Below, piece after piece: positions 26,701 through 40,064 of a stretch of 64,000 nt of DNA. The stretch is from Asterias rubens (taxonomy: Eukaryota). The number at the start of each line of letters is the position of its first letter. Positions within the stretch are counted from its first letter, which is position 1. Both the position numbers and the translations under genes were made by a program. The notes under the pieces were generated by a model. That model made no database searches and was not told the origin of the DNA. It saw only the letters and a program-made list of their open reading frames with translations. Location: positions 9,920,001-9,984,000 of the forward strand of contig NC_047068.1 of assembly GCF_902459465.1 (NCBI RefSeq), read 5' to 3'.

Positions 26701-29700
26701 AGTCTCAGTTTTTGGGCTCAGAGGCAAAATTGCTGGACGAAATCATTTCCTGTGATGTATTTTCTCCAAGTTTTGAAAGGTGTCTCATTTTCAAAAAAAG
26801 GGAAACCCTCAACCAAGCTCACCATCTGTCTCACATTAGAAATCCTTGACACCAGTTTGAGGGAAATTAGTGATGATGGAACTATCTGCTGTAGAGAAAG
26901 GTCAAGCTTTGTCTGTGGTTTCCTTCCATGACAGATTCTGGGTAAACCCCTCCAGGGCGTCTTCATTGATTTCTTCAGCTCATCTTATAACCAGCTGGAA
27001 TTCACTGAAAGATTTAGCATTACTTGTTTACATTTTCGGAGTGAAAAAAATAGTTAATGGCCTGACATTTTGACCCAAGCAGGGTGTTTGAAAAAAGAAT
27101 ATGCTGGGGTCGAAACGTCAGATCCTTTTGGTTGGTAGGCACTTTGCATCAGCTTTATAGATTTTCTCTCATTTTAGAAGTTCTGAATTATTTTTTAGAT
27201 TGTCAAAATTGTTATTTATTTTTTAAGGGAGTAAGTCAAACAGCAATCCTTGTGCGACTAAGATTTTTGAATACTTAAACAAACTAAAAAGACAATTTAA
27301 AAAGTACAACACCTTCCAATGCATTTTTGTTTTGGTGGCAAAAAATAAAAATAAAATATGCTCTAGAAAATGTGTTTTTTTTCATCTTGGATCAAACCCC
27401 TACCCGCCGGAAAAAATCTTGTCATATGTTCAGGAATATTGTCAGCACAAAGGCATGTGGCCATACACCCGCACAAGTCTAGGCAGCAAGCAGGGTGCCA
27501 CATTTGACACCATTTTTAATCAAATTAGAACGAGTTTGGTTGGCTGAGGATGGAAGCAGTCGGGCAGAGCGCGAATTGGTTAATATCCGTGGGGCATAGG
27601 GGGCATAGAGACTGGACTAGAGTGAGGACAGTGAGTGTTGATTCAGTTGGGGGTCCTGCTGAGTGCTGGATGTCATAATCTGAAACTGTATCAGCCTTGG
27701 GGAAACGGGATAAAATGGCCTTGAAAGAATGTACATATGTAGACTTTCATGGTGTCTGATAGACAAAAATTTAAAAGTAACGGAGCATTTATGTTCTCTT
27801 GTAGAAAGTAGATCAATAAAATCCTGAGAAGAGTACATTGGTTTATAAAAAGTCAAGACTCCAATGTACTTTATCTCAACCCTTTATATCTCTCAGAAAA
27901 ACTTAAATCTTGCAAATATATTACAAAAAGCCATTTAATAAAACATCTCTTTGGGATTTTATCACGTACCCCTCACTTATATTGTGAAAAGAAAACTTTT
28001 TTGACTTGCTTGGCGGACTAGGAAAGGAAGGGTTTTGACTCGCCCGACTCTGTTTTCACCTGCATTCAGACAGCGACTGGGCAACCGCTAATTTCAAACA
28101 AGAAATTTGACTGAGAGCACCACATGAGTCACTTTCTCTCATCAGCGTTAAGACTGTACACATCAGCACCGTAATCAATTAGAGCATAGAGCAAGAGCCA
28201 TACACACCTGTGGTCCCACATTAACACTATTGATGGAATGTCTCCGATTTCCACATGGTGGAAGTGTGCACACCACTAACGAGTGTAAAATTATCTTCAA
28301 CCCTTGAATCATGTAGTCTCAGATACTGAAAGTGGTATTTGCTTGGCCTTTGGCACAAATCAAACACTTCTCCTCCAGGGAGTTGACACCTCCTGTAATC
28401 AAATTAATCGCTGTCAAGTCAGGACTGATTACTGCAATAAGAAAAAAAACAAAAACACATCGCCCAGGTGTTACATCCAATCTGAGAATGGCTCTCTGGT
28501 TGTTGCTAGGTTTTGTTTCTTTTCTTTGAAGCTCCCTTTTTGTTATTTAATTTGCTAGCTGCTGATTATAAATGTCAATTTGGTTGTAAAGTTCACACCT
28601 GTACTGATAACTGCTGTGATAACAGTGGAGGCTTGTTAACAATTTGGACAAGGACATGTACTACAGTTAAGTGGAGGCAATTTTCTGGGGTTTTATGGCA
28701 AAGATGTCAACAAAATTCAAGTTTTGATTTCAAAGATTATGGCTTCGTCTTCTGAGGTGTAAGCAACACTTCATTGGATATATGCACATCCAATACATTG
28801 ACATTTATGTTAAACATTTCCAAAAGCCAGAAAGTAGCATACTAACCTTGAGTTGATAAAATATACATTGAAGAAGAAAAAATTCTCTTATTTTTGTGTG
28901 TGCACGTTCACCCCAAACAAGGCTAAAAGCCACTCGATCCATAAGAAAAGCTGAGATTTTCTTCTTTGTGCCTGTTCAAATAAAAAACAGTTTCTAATAT
29001 GTCAAACTGTGTTGAAAATTGAAAGTTTTGGTTCTGGATATCAGTTCCTGAGTTTGTGTATTTTGATTGATCTTCATGCTTTGTTGTCTTGTGGATTTCC
29101 CCCCAAATTAAAGCCCCGTTCATATGCCTACATGTACTTGACACACATGTCCTCAATACTGTTCTGTTATGGGCGAGACATTTTTGAGTTTTTAGAAGGC
29201 ACCTTTAGAGAGAACCATTCATTTATACTGGACTATTTCATGGCACACTAAGACAATGATGGGACTACAAGGCTGTTCAAGCCTGCTTTTTTGCACAGGG
29301 TATGTTTTGTACCGTATGCAAGGAGACTTTTGTTTCTAGGGACTAAGTCGCCAATCTTTACACATCTGCTGTCTCTTGTAATCCCAGAGGTCCAGTATTT
29401 GTTTTTCTGCTTTTGAGCGCGTTGTGTTTGACATGGGAAGTGGTGAACTGAACAAATAAAGATACAAGCTCATTCAAGAAATTAAAACCAGTGGCTGCTA
29501 CAGTATAGATGGGTCAAGGCAAAACCCTCCCGGGTGTTTTAGAGTAAATTTCGCTCTCTTGTTTGAGTGGTGTCAGTTTCACTCTGTTGAGAATGAAAGT
29601 TGATCTGTGCCACACTTTTTGAGACTCTAAATCGAGTTGTAATTGTCTTTCACTCTACAAGAGTTGTTCGCTATATATGGCTCTTTTTTATTGCAAGAGT

Positions 29701-29752
29701 GGTGTGAGGGAGAAAACAAGTGGTTTTTCACTCTTTTACAGTGAAAAGAGTA

Positions 29753-29931
29753 CAGGCCTGATGCTTCACAGAGGCAACAAAGGCAATTGCCTCCATGCCC
29801 CCTGGTCCTTGCCTTAGTGCCCCTGACAATGACATGCTCCTGTAGAAATTAACAATTTCCTCATAGGGTGCCCTTTACCAGGGAGAAAATGCTGTGTCTG
29901 GCCTTTCAAAAAAATGAAGCATACAGACCTG
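29753..29931 (+). mobile_element. CAGGCCTG-ended MITE
   Basis: CAGGCCTG...CAGACCTG termini; family has at least 7 copies plus fragments (about 14990-15050 and 32270-32350). Confidence 0.82.
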
Positions 29932-31890
29932 TCTAGTACATTGGAATAATCAATTTAACACCTTCTTATAACAAGAATTTTAATCACAAGTATTGCAATG
30001 AAACATCTGCCCAAGTAAGGCTTGAGATAATTTCAACGAAACACAAAAACGAGCTTAAAAAACACAGGTGTTTCCACAAAACTATTCTATTCCCACTCCG
30101 TATGGTACATGTAGACCTATGCATCTCAATTTCCAAATGTCCGCCCTCTGATGCATGTATTCCTGGTTGCAGGCCAAGTATGGCTCATTTCATCTGTACA
30201 CTGCGTCACGCAAAATAAGGTAAAAGCAGGATTCAAAATGTGTTAGTTTGAAAAAGATACAGGTCTAATTTTCTGTTTATTATCTTGTTACCATCTTGTG
30301 CGGTCTGACACATAGGGTGTGTCATTACCATGGAAATAGTCCCTTGTAAAGCTCATTTCTAGCACTGCTGCTGTAGTCCAGAAACATTTTTTTCTGTGGG
30401 GTTTTACGTATTACTATGAAGTGTTTCAAAATTTCTGTCGGTGTCTGATAAAAACCCTGATAAAAACCCTGTTTGTTCAGGGTTACGCCTCATTACTACA
30501 GTACATGTATGTACATGTAAGAGAACATTCATTTGATAACCAGCCCTCACTCCACAATGAATCAGAACATGAACTGTGGCTAATACGAGTGCGTACCATC
30601 GGTACTTGTAGATTTGCCGGTACGTAAATAAACTGTTGATAATGTAGAAATTGTGAGATAAAGGAATTTGTAACGCTGTAGACATGGTTCTTGCATGGTT
30701 ACATTGTAAAGATTCTGCAGGTCAGGTTGTTGCGTTTTTGTGGAGTGTTTTTTATTGGAGTGCTTTTTTGTATGTTGATGTTTACAGGGAAAAAATGATG
30801 GACTTCACTAAGTACACAAAAAGATCACAATGTACAGTACAGGTGACCCATGCACTCTTCACTCTTCACAGTGAATTTGGGGCAGTGAATTTGAATTTTA
30901 TTAAAACTGACTGACTTTGTGATCCGAAGGTCAAATTACAGAGTCATTACAATAGTTAATAGAAACGACATAAATGTTTTTTAAAAGGCAAAATCACATT
31001 TTACTAAATAACCACCTACATGTAGCTGTAGTAAAAAAAGGGAAATGGAATAGTTAAAAGGTACAGTGATATCATCCATGACCAGTTATGAGTAGACAAG
31101 TCTGGCAGTTTTGTGTTTTTCAATTGATTCGAGTAACATTACCTCGCCATGTTATATCTTGAACAAACAAAATTGAATGTAATGTTTATTTGTTGGCTTT
31201 GACTCAATTTAATTCAGTAATGAAGAATGCCATATTATTACGTTACTACCCATCAAGCAAACGAGATAAATCTTCTCATTGCATGTCTATACTGATGTCC
31301 AATAATTTGTTTAAATATGGGGGTCTTGTAAAAATAGTTGTGGTCCTGTAAACACTTTGAGCTTCAAGCTCTGCATTCTTGTGATGTTTTCTTCCCCCGC
31401 AAAATCAAAGCCCAGTGACACTCGAACATGTATCTGTTCCAACCCAGAAAACATTAACTGATAAAAGTTTTTATGACAACCTATCATAACAACTACAATG
31501 AAATGTATGGATAATCCAGACTATTGCTTTGGGGAGAGACTTAAAAAGATATTATAAACATCAAACATACTCCGTAGAGATATCATATTTACTGGGCAAA
31601 CATACTTGCATGTACACCCCTACTTAGTTGGAGGCTATTAGTGGTTGCTGAGTTACTGAAAAGAAGTCCCAAGTTTGTGACGCCAACTTATTGAGTGCTG
31701 ACAGTGACTCCTCACCATGGGTCTAGCCAGGCAAAATGGAGCTGTCTGCATTAGGCTATTACTTAGGCTTGCATTATTGTGCTCAGTTATACTTCTTTTT
31801 TTACTTTTACTAGTCTGACTTGGTGACGTTATCTTCTATCTTTGGTTATTTCACAAATGTTTAGTTTTTATTTTGGTTGATTTATGTTTA

Positions 31891-32245
31891 TAAAGACACT
31901 GTGCACTATTGGTAATTGTCAAAGACCAGTCTTCTCACTTGGTGTGTCTCAACATATGCATAAAATAACAAACCTGTGAAAATTTGAGCTTGATTGGTCG
32001 TCGGAGTTGCGAGATAACTATAACAGAAAAAAAAACACCCTTGTCACACGAAATTGTGTGCTTTCAGAAGCTTGAATTCGAGACCTCAAATTCTAAATCT
32101 GAGGTCTTGATATCAAACTCGTGGAAAATTACTTCCTTCTCAAAAACTACGTCACTTCAGAAGGAGCCGTTTCTCACAATGTTTTATACTATCAACCTCT
32201 CCCCATTACTTGTTACCAAGTGAGGTTTTATGCTGATAATTATTT
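31891..32245 (+). mobile_element. TTAA-type MITE, family A, right end missing
   Basis: High similarity to 33029-33400 up to about 32245. Confidence 0.85.
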
Positions 32246-33028
32246 TTATTATCCTTCATTTTTGACAAGGTAAGGGCACCAATGCCCTTGGGAAAGGGCA
32301 CCCTATGATGAAATTGGGAAATTTCTACTGGAGCATTTCAAGGGCACCAAAGCATCAGGCATTAGTTACCATAAGAGTGTATACTTGATAAAGAAAATAA
32401 TGAGACTTAAGAATCCTTTGATGTGGTACGCATTATATCCTGCCTAGCGAGGCTTTACTTCTTTCGTAGAAAATCAGGATTATTTGTTCATTTTTTAGTT
32501 TAAATCTGATCAAATATTTGTTTTTGAAGTGCTGCTATCTTTAACAAAAAAATAATGTACATTTGAATCTGACCAGGAAGGAAATAAGCGTTAAGCATTT
32601 CCTGAACATTTGAATTTTAAAGGTTGTATCCACAATTTATAAAATATTTGATTTCCAATCCAATGAAAGTCTGCGCCAGCTGACCTTTTCCCAAACGATT
32701 TGTCTGTGTTGAAGAAGCTAATCTTTAGAGCCCACCTCTGTTTATAAGTTAGGAAATCTCCTCATTCGCTCTACACTTTGAAAAAGAAAATCCATTAAGT
32801 CTTTTGAAAACAAACTCACCACCCCCTACAAATCCTTCCAATAGGGGCCAGTGTCCCCAGAACAAGTGTTGGCTAAAGTCATGTGACGAAAGATTGAGGG
32901 GGAAGTCTGCATCAAGCTAGACACCGCAACATTCCATTATGGAAGTGTTGAACCATAGATATTCTATGGTTGAACATTGTAATGTTGAGAAGCTTGCAAG
33001 ATTAAGTTGCAGTCAATCTGTTTTCCTT

Positions 33029-33400
33029 AATAACAGTGGACACTATTGGTAATTGTCAAAGACTAGTCTTCACAGTTGGTGTATCTCAACATAACAAACC
33101 TGTGAAAGTTTGAGCTCAATCGGTCGCCGAAGTTGCGAGATAATAAGTAAAGATAAAACACCCTTGTCACACGAAGTTGTGTGGTTTTTGATGCTTGATT
33201 TTGAGACCTCAAATTTAAAACTTGAGGTCTCAAAATCAAATTCGTGGAAAGTTACTTCTTTCTCGAAAACTACGTCACTTCAGAGGGAGCTGTTTCTCAC
33301 ATTGTTTTTACTATCAACGTCTCCCCATTACTCGTTACCATGTAAGGTTTTGTGCTAATAATTATTTTGAGTAATTACCAATAGTGTCCACTGCCTTTAA
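33029..33400 (+). mobile_element. TTAA-type MITE, family A, near full length
   Basis: CAGTGGACACTATTGGTAATT...AATTACCAATAGTGTCCACTGCCTttaa terminal inverted repeats. Confidence 0.9.
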
Positions 33401-33401
33401 T

Positions 33402-33587
33402 CAGGCCTGATACGCTTCGTTTTTGAAGTGGCAAGGGCACAGGGGCATTGTCTCCTTTGTAAAGGGCACCCTATGAATTTTTGTTTACATTTCTATTGAG
33501 ATCATTTCAAGAACACCAAGGCAATAACTAGGGGGCATAAAATTGGAGGCAATCACGAGTGGTTGCCTCTGGGAAGTATCGGGCCTG
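33402..33587 (-). mobile_element. CAGGCCTG-ended MITE directly abutting the family A MITE
   Basis: Reverse complement similarity to 29753. Confidence 0.8.
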
Positions 33588-34159
33588 CTTTATGGATTGA
33601 AAAGATGCGATACCTAATTGTTAACAATCTTATACAGAAACGATGAAGGGCTGATTTTTTTATATAATACAATTGTTAGGAAAACATATGCAGGTCAGGA
33701 ATTTCATCTTTATAAGAGGGAAACAATTTTTTGTTCTTTTTGGCAAAATAATAAATCAATTAGGCTGGTATGAACACCCTTACCACATTCAAGCATTTTA
33801 ATTTAATTATAAAAAGCAATTGCCTTTTCACTGTTTTTCCTTTTGTCTTTTTGAGTTCCAATTGCTGTCAGGTTAACATTTCCCCCCACATGATTGAGAT
33901 ATATACCCAAACAGATGGTGTATTCAATTACAGTTTTATTGCCTCTGCAATCTCTGGTTGAACTTTGACCTCTAGAGAACATCTTGGGAAATACAGAATC
34001 ATAGCGAGGGGGCTCAGAGGATTGACATGAATAGAGTCAAGTCCCAAATGGTAACGATTTAAAATACAGTAAAAGGAAAAGATAAATGTATTCTGAAACG
34101 CCTCAATTGGGTCAGTGTCAAACAACAGAAAATACCATAAAGTGTACCACTTGTCTACT

Positions 34160-34349
34160 GGCCCCATTTTCAAAGAGCTGCTTTAAGCACTAAAAGTAGC
34201 TATTAAGCAGTAAGCACACAATAATTATTCTTACCAAATTAAGGTTACCAGCCAAAACACCATGTCACATGTACAATTTTTGACTGGTATCCCGCTCTTT
34301 TTGCGAAGCTAAGCAATTTCCTGCTGCTAAGCAGTATGAAATTGGGCCC
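34160..34349. mobile_element. GGCCC-ended MITE (PIF/Harbinger-like, CWG flanks)
   Basis: ctg|GCCCCATTTTCAAAGAGCTGC...ATGAAATTGGGCC|ctg; homologous to 57904. Confidence 0.78.
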
Positions 34350-34524
34350 TGGTAATGTATGTTGCCCGTTTTTCAAATGGTTGCAGGGAATAATTTCGGT
34401 CAGTAATTTTACTCAGCAAAAGAATTAGCCTGAACCATTCCATGCACACTTAATGGTAATATATTAAGTAGCAAATAGTGATGATTTTTGAGTCGCCTAA
34501 CACAATAATAAGGTGTAGCCTTTG

Positions 34525-34656
34525 CAGGCCTGTATGCTTCGGTTTTGAAAGGGCAAGTACACCAAGGCATTTTCTCTGTGATGAAATTGTGAATTTCTAC
34601 TGGAGCACCAGGGGCATCGAGGCAATCACCTTTGTTGCCTCTGTAGTATCAGGCCT
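34525..34656 (-). mobile_element. CAGGCCTG-ended MITE, internally deleted
   Basis: Both termini present. Confidence 0.78.
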
Positions 34657-34819
34657 CTTTTTTGCTCTGCTGTACAAGGGAAATCATTCGCTGGGTTGTA
34701 TCTTTTTTTCAAATAGGTCTACAGTACACATGCACAACTGAATCAACCCAAATTGTTTCAGGCTAAACATGCAGGTACGCCCAATCAAGCTCCATGGTCC
34801 GATCCAGCTGGATGGTTGT

Positions 34820-35062
34820 GGAGCATGGAGGTAGAGTCAATGGTTTTGGAGCATGGAGGTAGAGTCAATGGTTTTGGAGCATGGAGGTAGAGTCAATGGT
34901 TTTGGAACATTGAGGTAGAGTCAATGGTTTTGGAACATGGAGGTAGAGTCAATGGTTTTGGAACATTGAGGTAGAGTCAATGGTTTTGGAACATTGAGGT
35001 AGAGTCAATGGTTTTGGAACATGGAGGTAGAGTCAATGGTTTTGGAACATGGAGGTAGAGTC
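34820..35062. repeat. 28-bp minisatellite, about 8.7 copies
   Basis: Unit GGA(G/A)CAT(G/T)GAGGTAGAGTCAATGGTTTT repeated head to tail with no spacers. Confidence 0.95.
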
Positions 35063-35749
35063 TAGTTCTTATATATAACTCTATGGTAGGAATGTACATC
35101 ATTACTAAAGGCAAAAAAACAACAACACGAAAACCCCACCATGATTTCTGGTTCTGTTTTTCCCACCGAGGCCATGACTGACTCTCACCCAAGCTGAGCA
35201 CAGCTTCTCCGCACTGATTCGAAGCTGTCAATAAAATATGAAACACTAGAAGGTCCCGTTCCCAACAACTGCAAACCAAAAGAAAACCCTTCCAATAATG
35301 CGAGCACCAAGGCGTGACAGACAGGTCCTAATGCGATTTAGCAGATTTGCCAGCGTGGGGGCCGGTGGATGCAACAGAGCGCATGGGAATATTGACAGCT
35401 CTCCTGTCAGCCCATGTTTGCTGCTCTTCGTGTTTTTCTGAACAGAGTACTGAGTTGCTGGGGGTTGGTCTGCCTCCACCCCAAGGACAATATTATTGTT
35501 TAGGTGGTGCTGAAAGGTCTCCTTTTTGCTTTGGGAAGGAAGTGTGAGACTTTTGCACATGAATGAGGGACCTTAGTTTGGAGAAAATCCCCCATGCGTT
35601 GATGATGTTTCGAGGAAAACTAGCGGATTGCAAGGCTATAGTATCGATATTATACCTGTTTTAGAAACATTGGTAGTTGGCAAAGACCATTATGTACATT
35701 TTGTGTGGCTCAACATACATGTAGGCCTATATACGAGATTGTAAGTTTA

Positions 35750-36700
35750 AGCTCAGTAAACCATTTAGAGTTGTTAGAAAATAGTGAAAATTCCCATCAC
35801 TGTTTTCACTGATTTTCAAACATCTAATTTCAAACTCAAAAGATCAAAACTCTTTGTTTTACTCATCTCACAAACTAAAGCATCTCAAGCCGAAATATTT
35901 CAAGGGAAGTTTTCCACAGTGACCATCATACAACGTCGGTGTAAATCTGCGATCATCTATATTTTTCAATCTTATGGACACTCTTTAAATCACATGTCGT
36001 TAGAGCTCAGAACAGTCACTGGACATAAGACAGACATAAGAAACTTTGATACTCCCCACAAAGAAGAAATTACATTGAAGACATTTGAGAATACCTGAAA
36101 TGTTTCTTTGGTATTGTTTTATTTCCTGTACTTTAAGAAATTTTATAACTTCAAAGCTGGTCTTAAAAATGTATGTGGAAAAAAACACAGGAGTGCAGGA
36201 CTTGTTTTGTTGTTGGTTTACTGGCCAAGTACTAAAAAATATACGACTGTGGCCGTTGGTCCAAAAGGTATTGATACAACCCCTGGATTGTGAATGGATC
36301 ATAACAAAATAAGAGCTAACAATGATGTGCCATCTCTTGGATTTCACATTATATTGCATAAAAACCTTAAGTGCTTCAGGCTGAAATTTTTTTTCCTTGA
36401 AGACTTTCATCTTTGCATCAAACCAAGGTTAAATCTTTCAATCAGACCCATTGAAGCTCCATCTTCACATTGCTCAAAAGACTTTCAGATATTAAACGTC
36501 TAATGCCATCTATCAATTCGCTGATATAAAGGTGCCTGGCAGAGAAATCGAATACATCTGCCGAGCGTAATGAAGTTGATTATGGAATGGCGGTGCCAAA
36601 TAATCTTGGCTCTTATAATAATCAAAATGGTCTTGTCTTTGGTGTCGCCAATTCAACCAGAGCGTCTGGAGATATTGATGTGGTCATTTCGTGAAGGTGA
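35750..36700 (+). pseudogene. Possible highly decayed LINE ORF2 (endonuclease end/linker)
   Basis: One + frame, with many stops, shows FHSDH, YNPWIVNG and STRASGDID motifs in LINE order. Weak evidence. Confidence 0.3.
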
Positions 36701-38380
36701 GACCTGAAATGACGCTTCAAAAGAAAAAGAGCCTTGCAAAGAATCTTCTTTGTCAAAATATTGTGCTATATCTAATCCCTAAATCCTTTTTATGTAATCC
36801 TAATTCTTCTCCTAATCCCTTTTGGGATTAATCTTATGGCAACAAAACTCCCATTGGGAAAAATAAATTGTGTGTATATCCTTTTTCTTTTTGGAAGATA
36901 CAAAGCTCTGAAAGAGATCGATTTGCTGGGTTGTTCAGCAAACGATCAATAATATGACAGCTGCATTTTGTGTTTCCTTAATCTATTGGTCGAACAGCAA
37001 CTTGTTTTGTGTTTGGTTCAGGACTTTTACTCATTCTTCCAAGTTTAATTGTTCCAGGTTGGTAGTCAAGTTTCACTTGCACCCATTTTCATTTTACTGA
37101 AATTGACTAGTTTGCATATATCCTATGAGAAAACATGTTAATTGGTAGTCAAAGCCGAGCTGCAAAGAGCAACGGACTCAAGCTCTGGTGGTCTTGATCA
37201 GCAGAGTGTGGGTTCGAGTCCTGGTTGTTGCACTTGTGTCCTTAAGCAACTTGATTTACCATAAGTTTACAATTATTGCTTTGTTCTTCAGATGGGGCAT
37301 TCAGCTTTGTAGGTTCCCTGTATAAGATTGGTAGATGCGCAAGATCACCAAAAAGAACGCAGAACACATCCTTAGTTTTGTAACCACTCGTGGAAGATTA
37401 GCGGTAACCCTGGTGTTTCTGGTTCACATGTAGCAAACACCCTGGTTTACAGGTTTCCTCAGGCCTGTGAGCAAGATCACTTTAGAGGCATCATTGGTGT
37501 CATTACCAGAAAGAAATAGATAATAATAACATTGAAAAAGCTGAACGTTAAAAATTCCCTTTAAGACAAAAAAACAGTACCAAAAACTATATTTAGGAAT
37601 GTGACTATTTTTTGTTTAAATATGTTAGTTTCTTATATTTCCCTGGTGAAAAGGTAACCAGATTGGATTTCATTTTTGTGCCTTCATGGATTCAGTAGGC
37701 TCAAGAAGAGTTGCTATATTTCTCTGGTGAGTTTGTTCTGATTGAAAATCTGGAAATTGAGTCGAACCTTTCCTCATTTCAGAAGGAAGTCACACTTCTT
37801 AGTCATTTGGGAATTTCGAGAATGTGTTTCTGGAAATTATCATTCATATTATTTTTTTCAATTTATTTTCAATATGATAATAATGATGTGCTCTTTAAAG
37901 CTGGCATCTACCCTGAAAGTCGGGTTAAAAATAAATTCTTCCCTTCTTAGTCGCAGCTGTGGATTTATCCACCTTACAAATTTCAATTTTATTAGTAAAC
38001 ACATTTAAATATTCAACTGCCATTCTGCATTCACCCAGTGAATAAGACCTAGAATGACACTGCAACAGAAAAAGAGCCTTGTAAAGAACCGTCTTTGTCA
38101 AAATATCGTACTATCTAATCCCTAAATCCTGTTTGTATAATCCCGATTATTCTCCTAATCCCTTTTGGGATTAATCTTATGGCAACAAACCTTCCATTGG
38201 GAAAAATAAATTGTGTGTATATCCTTTTTCTTTTAGAAGATATAAAGTGCTGACTGAAAGAGATCGATGTAAAGTTAGGGATTTCCTTGCCATCCGGCGC
38301 TATTCAATTCCATCCAAAATTTACGCACAAATTATAATGTTATTATTAAACACATTTAAATATTAAACTACCATCCGGTC
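36701..38380. repeat. Diverged direct duplication: 36701-36922 vs 38046-38268, plus about 37975-38030 vs 38325-38380
   Basis: About 220 bp alignable by eye at roughly 85% identity; arrangement A-[insertions]-B-A'-B'. Confidence 0.85.
37153..37330 (+). mobile_element. tRNA-derived SINE
   Basis: A-box-like GCCGAGC, B-box GGTTCGAGTCC, then CACTTGTGTCCTTAAGCAA body shared with 56728. Confidence 0.8.
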
Positions 38381-39509
38381 GACAGCCCCACCCCCCCCCC
38401 CCCCCCATCGGCTCCCATCTATTCATAAGAGATGCACCTGGCCATTAAGTAGCAAATATGAAATGAATGACCATCAGATAATAGTAGATGACCAATAGGT
38501 TTTCAGCCAGTAGGCCTATTGCAACCCCAATGTAATAGTGTTACAACATGTACAAAGGCTAAACTCCTGGATGTCCTTGCCCACCACTGTGAAGTGACCA
38601 TAAGGTGATGGATCTCTGCACGTGGCCGCAGTCTGAAGGAAAATGACAACCCTGGGGCCTGGCCTGTCAGTCTGTCTTAAATGTAGATGATGAAAGATGA
38701 GCTGATACATTGATTTTTGAGATTAATTTCAGACAGTGTGTTGCTTGGACCATAGATTTGGCACTTAATTTGGAAGCTCAATCTTGAGATGATGTGCATT
38801 CATATGAAACATGAAGTCTTCCAACATACAAACTGAAAACTGGATTGGTGGATAGCTTTCACAAGACTTCTTAAAAACACATATTTAATAACGCGTCCCT
38901 TTTTTTCAAGGGAGGGTCATTCACTAAATGCCTTTAAATAAAATCTGACAAATTCCGTGCCTAAGACTAAGAGAAAGAAATTACAGAGTAGCTATTTTTG
39001 GGAGGAGGTCTGCATCTCTTTTAAAAGTAACAATGTGCGTTTGTTCTTATTTTAACAAGGATAGCTTCCACTCTGGAACTTGCTATTTTTTAAAAACTGA
39101 AGGACCTTTTCACAATTTCAGCCCATCAAAATCCACAGCTGTGTGTTTTGTTTTATTCTATTGAACCAAGGGCTGCTGCATTGTAGTAAACTGATTATGC
39201 ACACCACCATAAATCAGAGCCCAACACTTAAGATGTTGAGTTCCCATATGGTGTTGGATTTTGTATGAGTGAGGAAGGGTACTTGTAAATCACTCAATGG
39301 AATTAAGGGATGGTGCAACTCTCAAAAATAATTTCAGATATATGTATTTCATGTGTGTACTTTGTTGTATGTTTTATGTAGCATCTTAATATGCAAATTT
39401 GCTCAAATCTGCAGACAATAATTTTTAGATATGATTTCAATATATATTTTTTTAGGAGTAACGTAAAGTCTTTCTCGAGCCAATATGGCCCATACAGGCT
39501 GGTGTATAA

Positions 39510-39735
39510 TCCGGTTTGCTTGGCATTAAACGACTTAGAATGAATTCCCCCTGGATGCATGTCCTTGGCAGATTACTCCCTTTCTCTGGCTGGTACTCAT
39601 TTGTTCTACTGGGTGGAGAGAAGAAATTATGATAAAGTGCATTGCTTTAAGGACACAAGTACTGACCAGGCCTGGATTGGAACCCACATTCAAATTACAG
39701 AACTTGAGTCGGTCCACCCAAGACCGCTTGGCCAC
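39510..39735 (-). mobile_element. tRNA-derived SINE with Deu/Nin-like central segment
   Basis: Reverse complement: TGGCCAAGCGG (A box), GGTTCCAATCC (B box), CTTGTGTCCTT, CTCTCCACCCAG..AAATGAGTACC, tail CATCCAGGGGG..AGTCG..AAACCGG. Domain naming is from recollection. Confidence 0.72.
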
Positions 39736-39890
39736 AATACCCTACCAGTTTTGTTATGAACGGGCGTTCATAACACAATTTAATGCTATTTCCTTGACTT
39801 CGCAGTTATTATCAACTCTTTCTTTAGCTAATGAAACAGTCTTCAAGCTGTTGGATTTGAGCTTAATAAACTCTTATTTTTAATTTATAG

Positions 39891-40064
39891 GGACATCGTC
39901 GTCGACAGATGAAGTTATTTTACTGAGAGAGCAGCTTCGGACTCTGAGTCTAGAGATGATGACATTGAAGCATGCCATCAACACCAAAGGATCAAATCTT
40001 CATGCCCCACTCCCAACTACAAACTGCAATGGATTCACGCATGTAGTTCCCTCTCCAATGCAAG
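39891..40064 (+). CDS. dachs: Dachs-like myosin coding exon 2 (GTSSSTDEVILLREQLRTLSLEMMTLKHAINTKGSNLHAPLPTTNCNGFTHVVPSPMQ), predicted coiled coil
   Basis: Acceptor ttttaatttatag|, donor CAAG|gtaata, 174 nt open frame, phase 1-1 compatible with both neighbouring exons. Heptad-like segment resembles the recalled insect Dachs SSSNEAVHLQQRLRSLSTELVTLR. Confidence 0.85.

Noticed and set aside
34820-35062. 28-bp repeats as a CRISPR array
   Set aside because: Units are contiguous with no unique spacers, there are no cas genes, and the context is a eukaryotic intron.
36000-36410. 136-aa minus-strand ORF as a nested gene
   Set aside because: No domain recognised; more likely an antisense frame of a decayed element.
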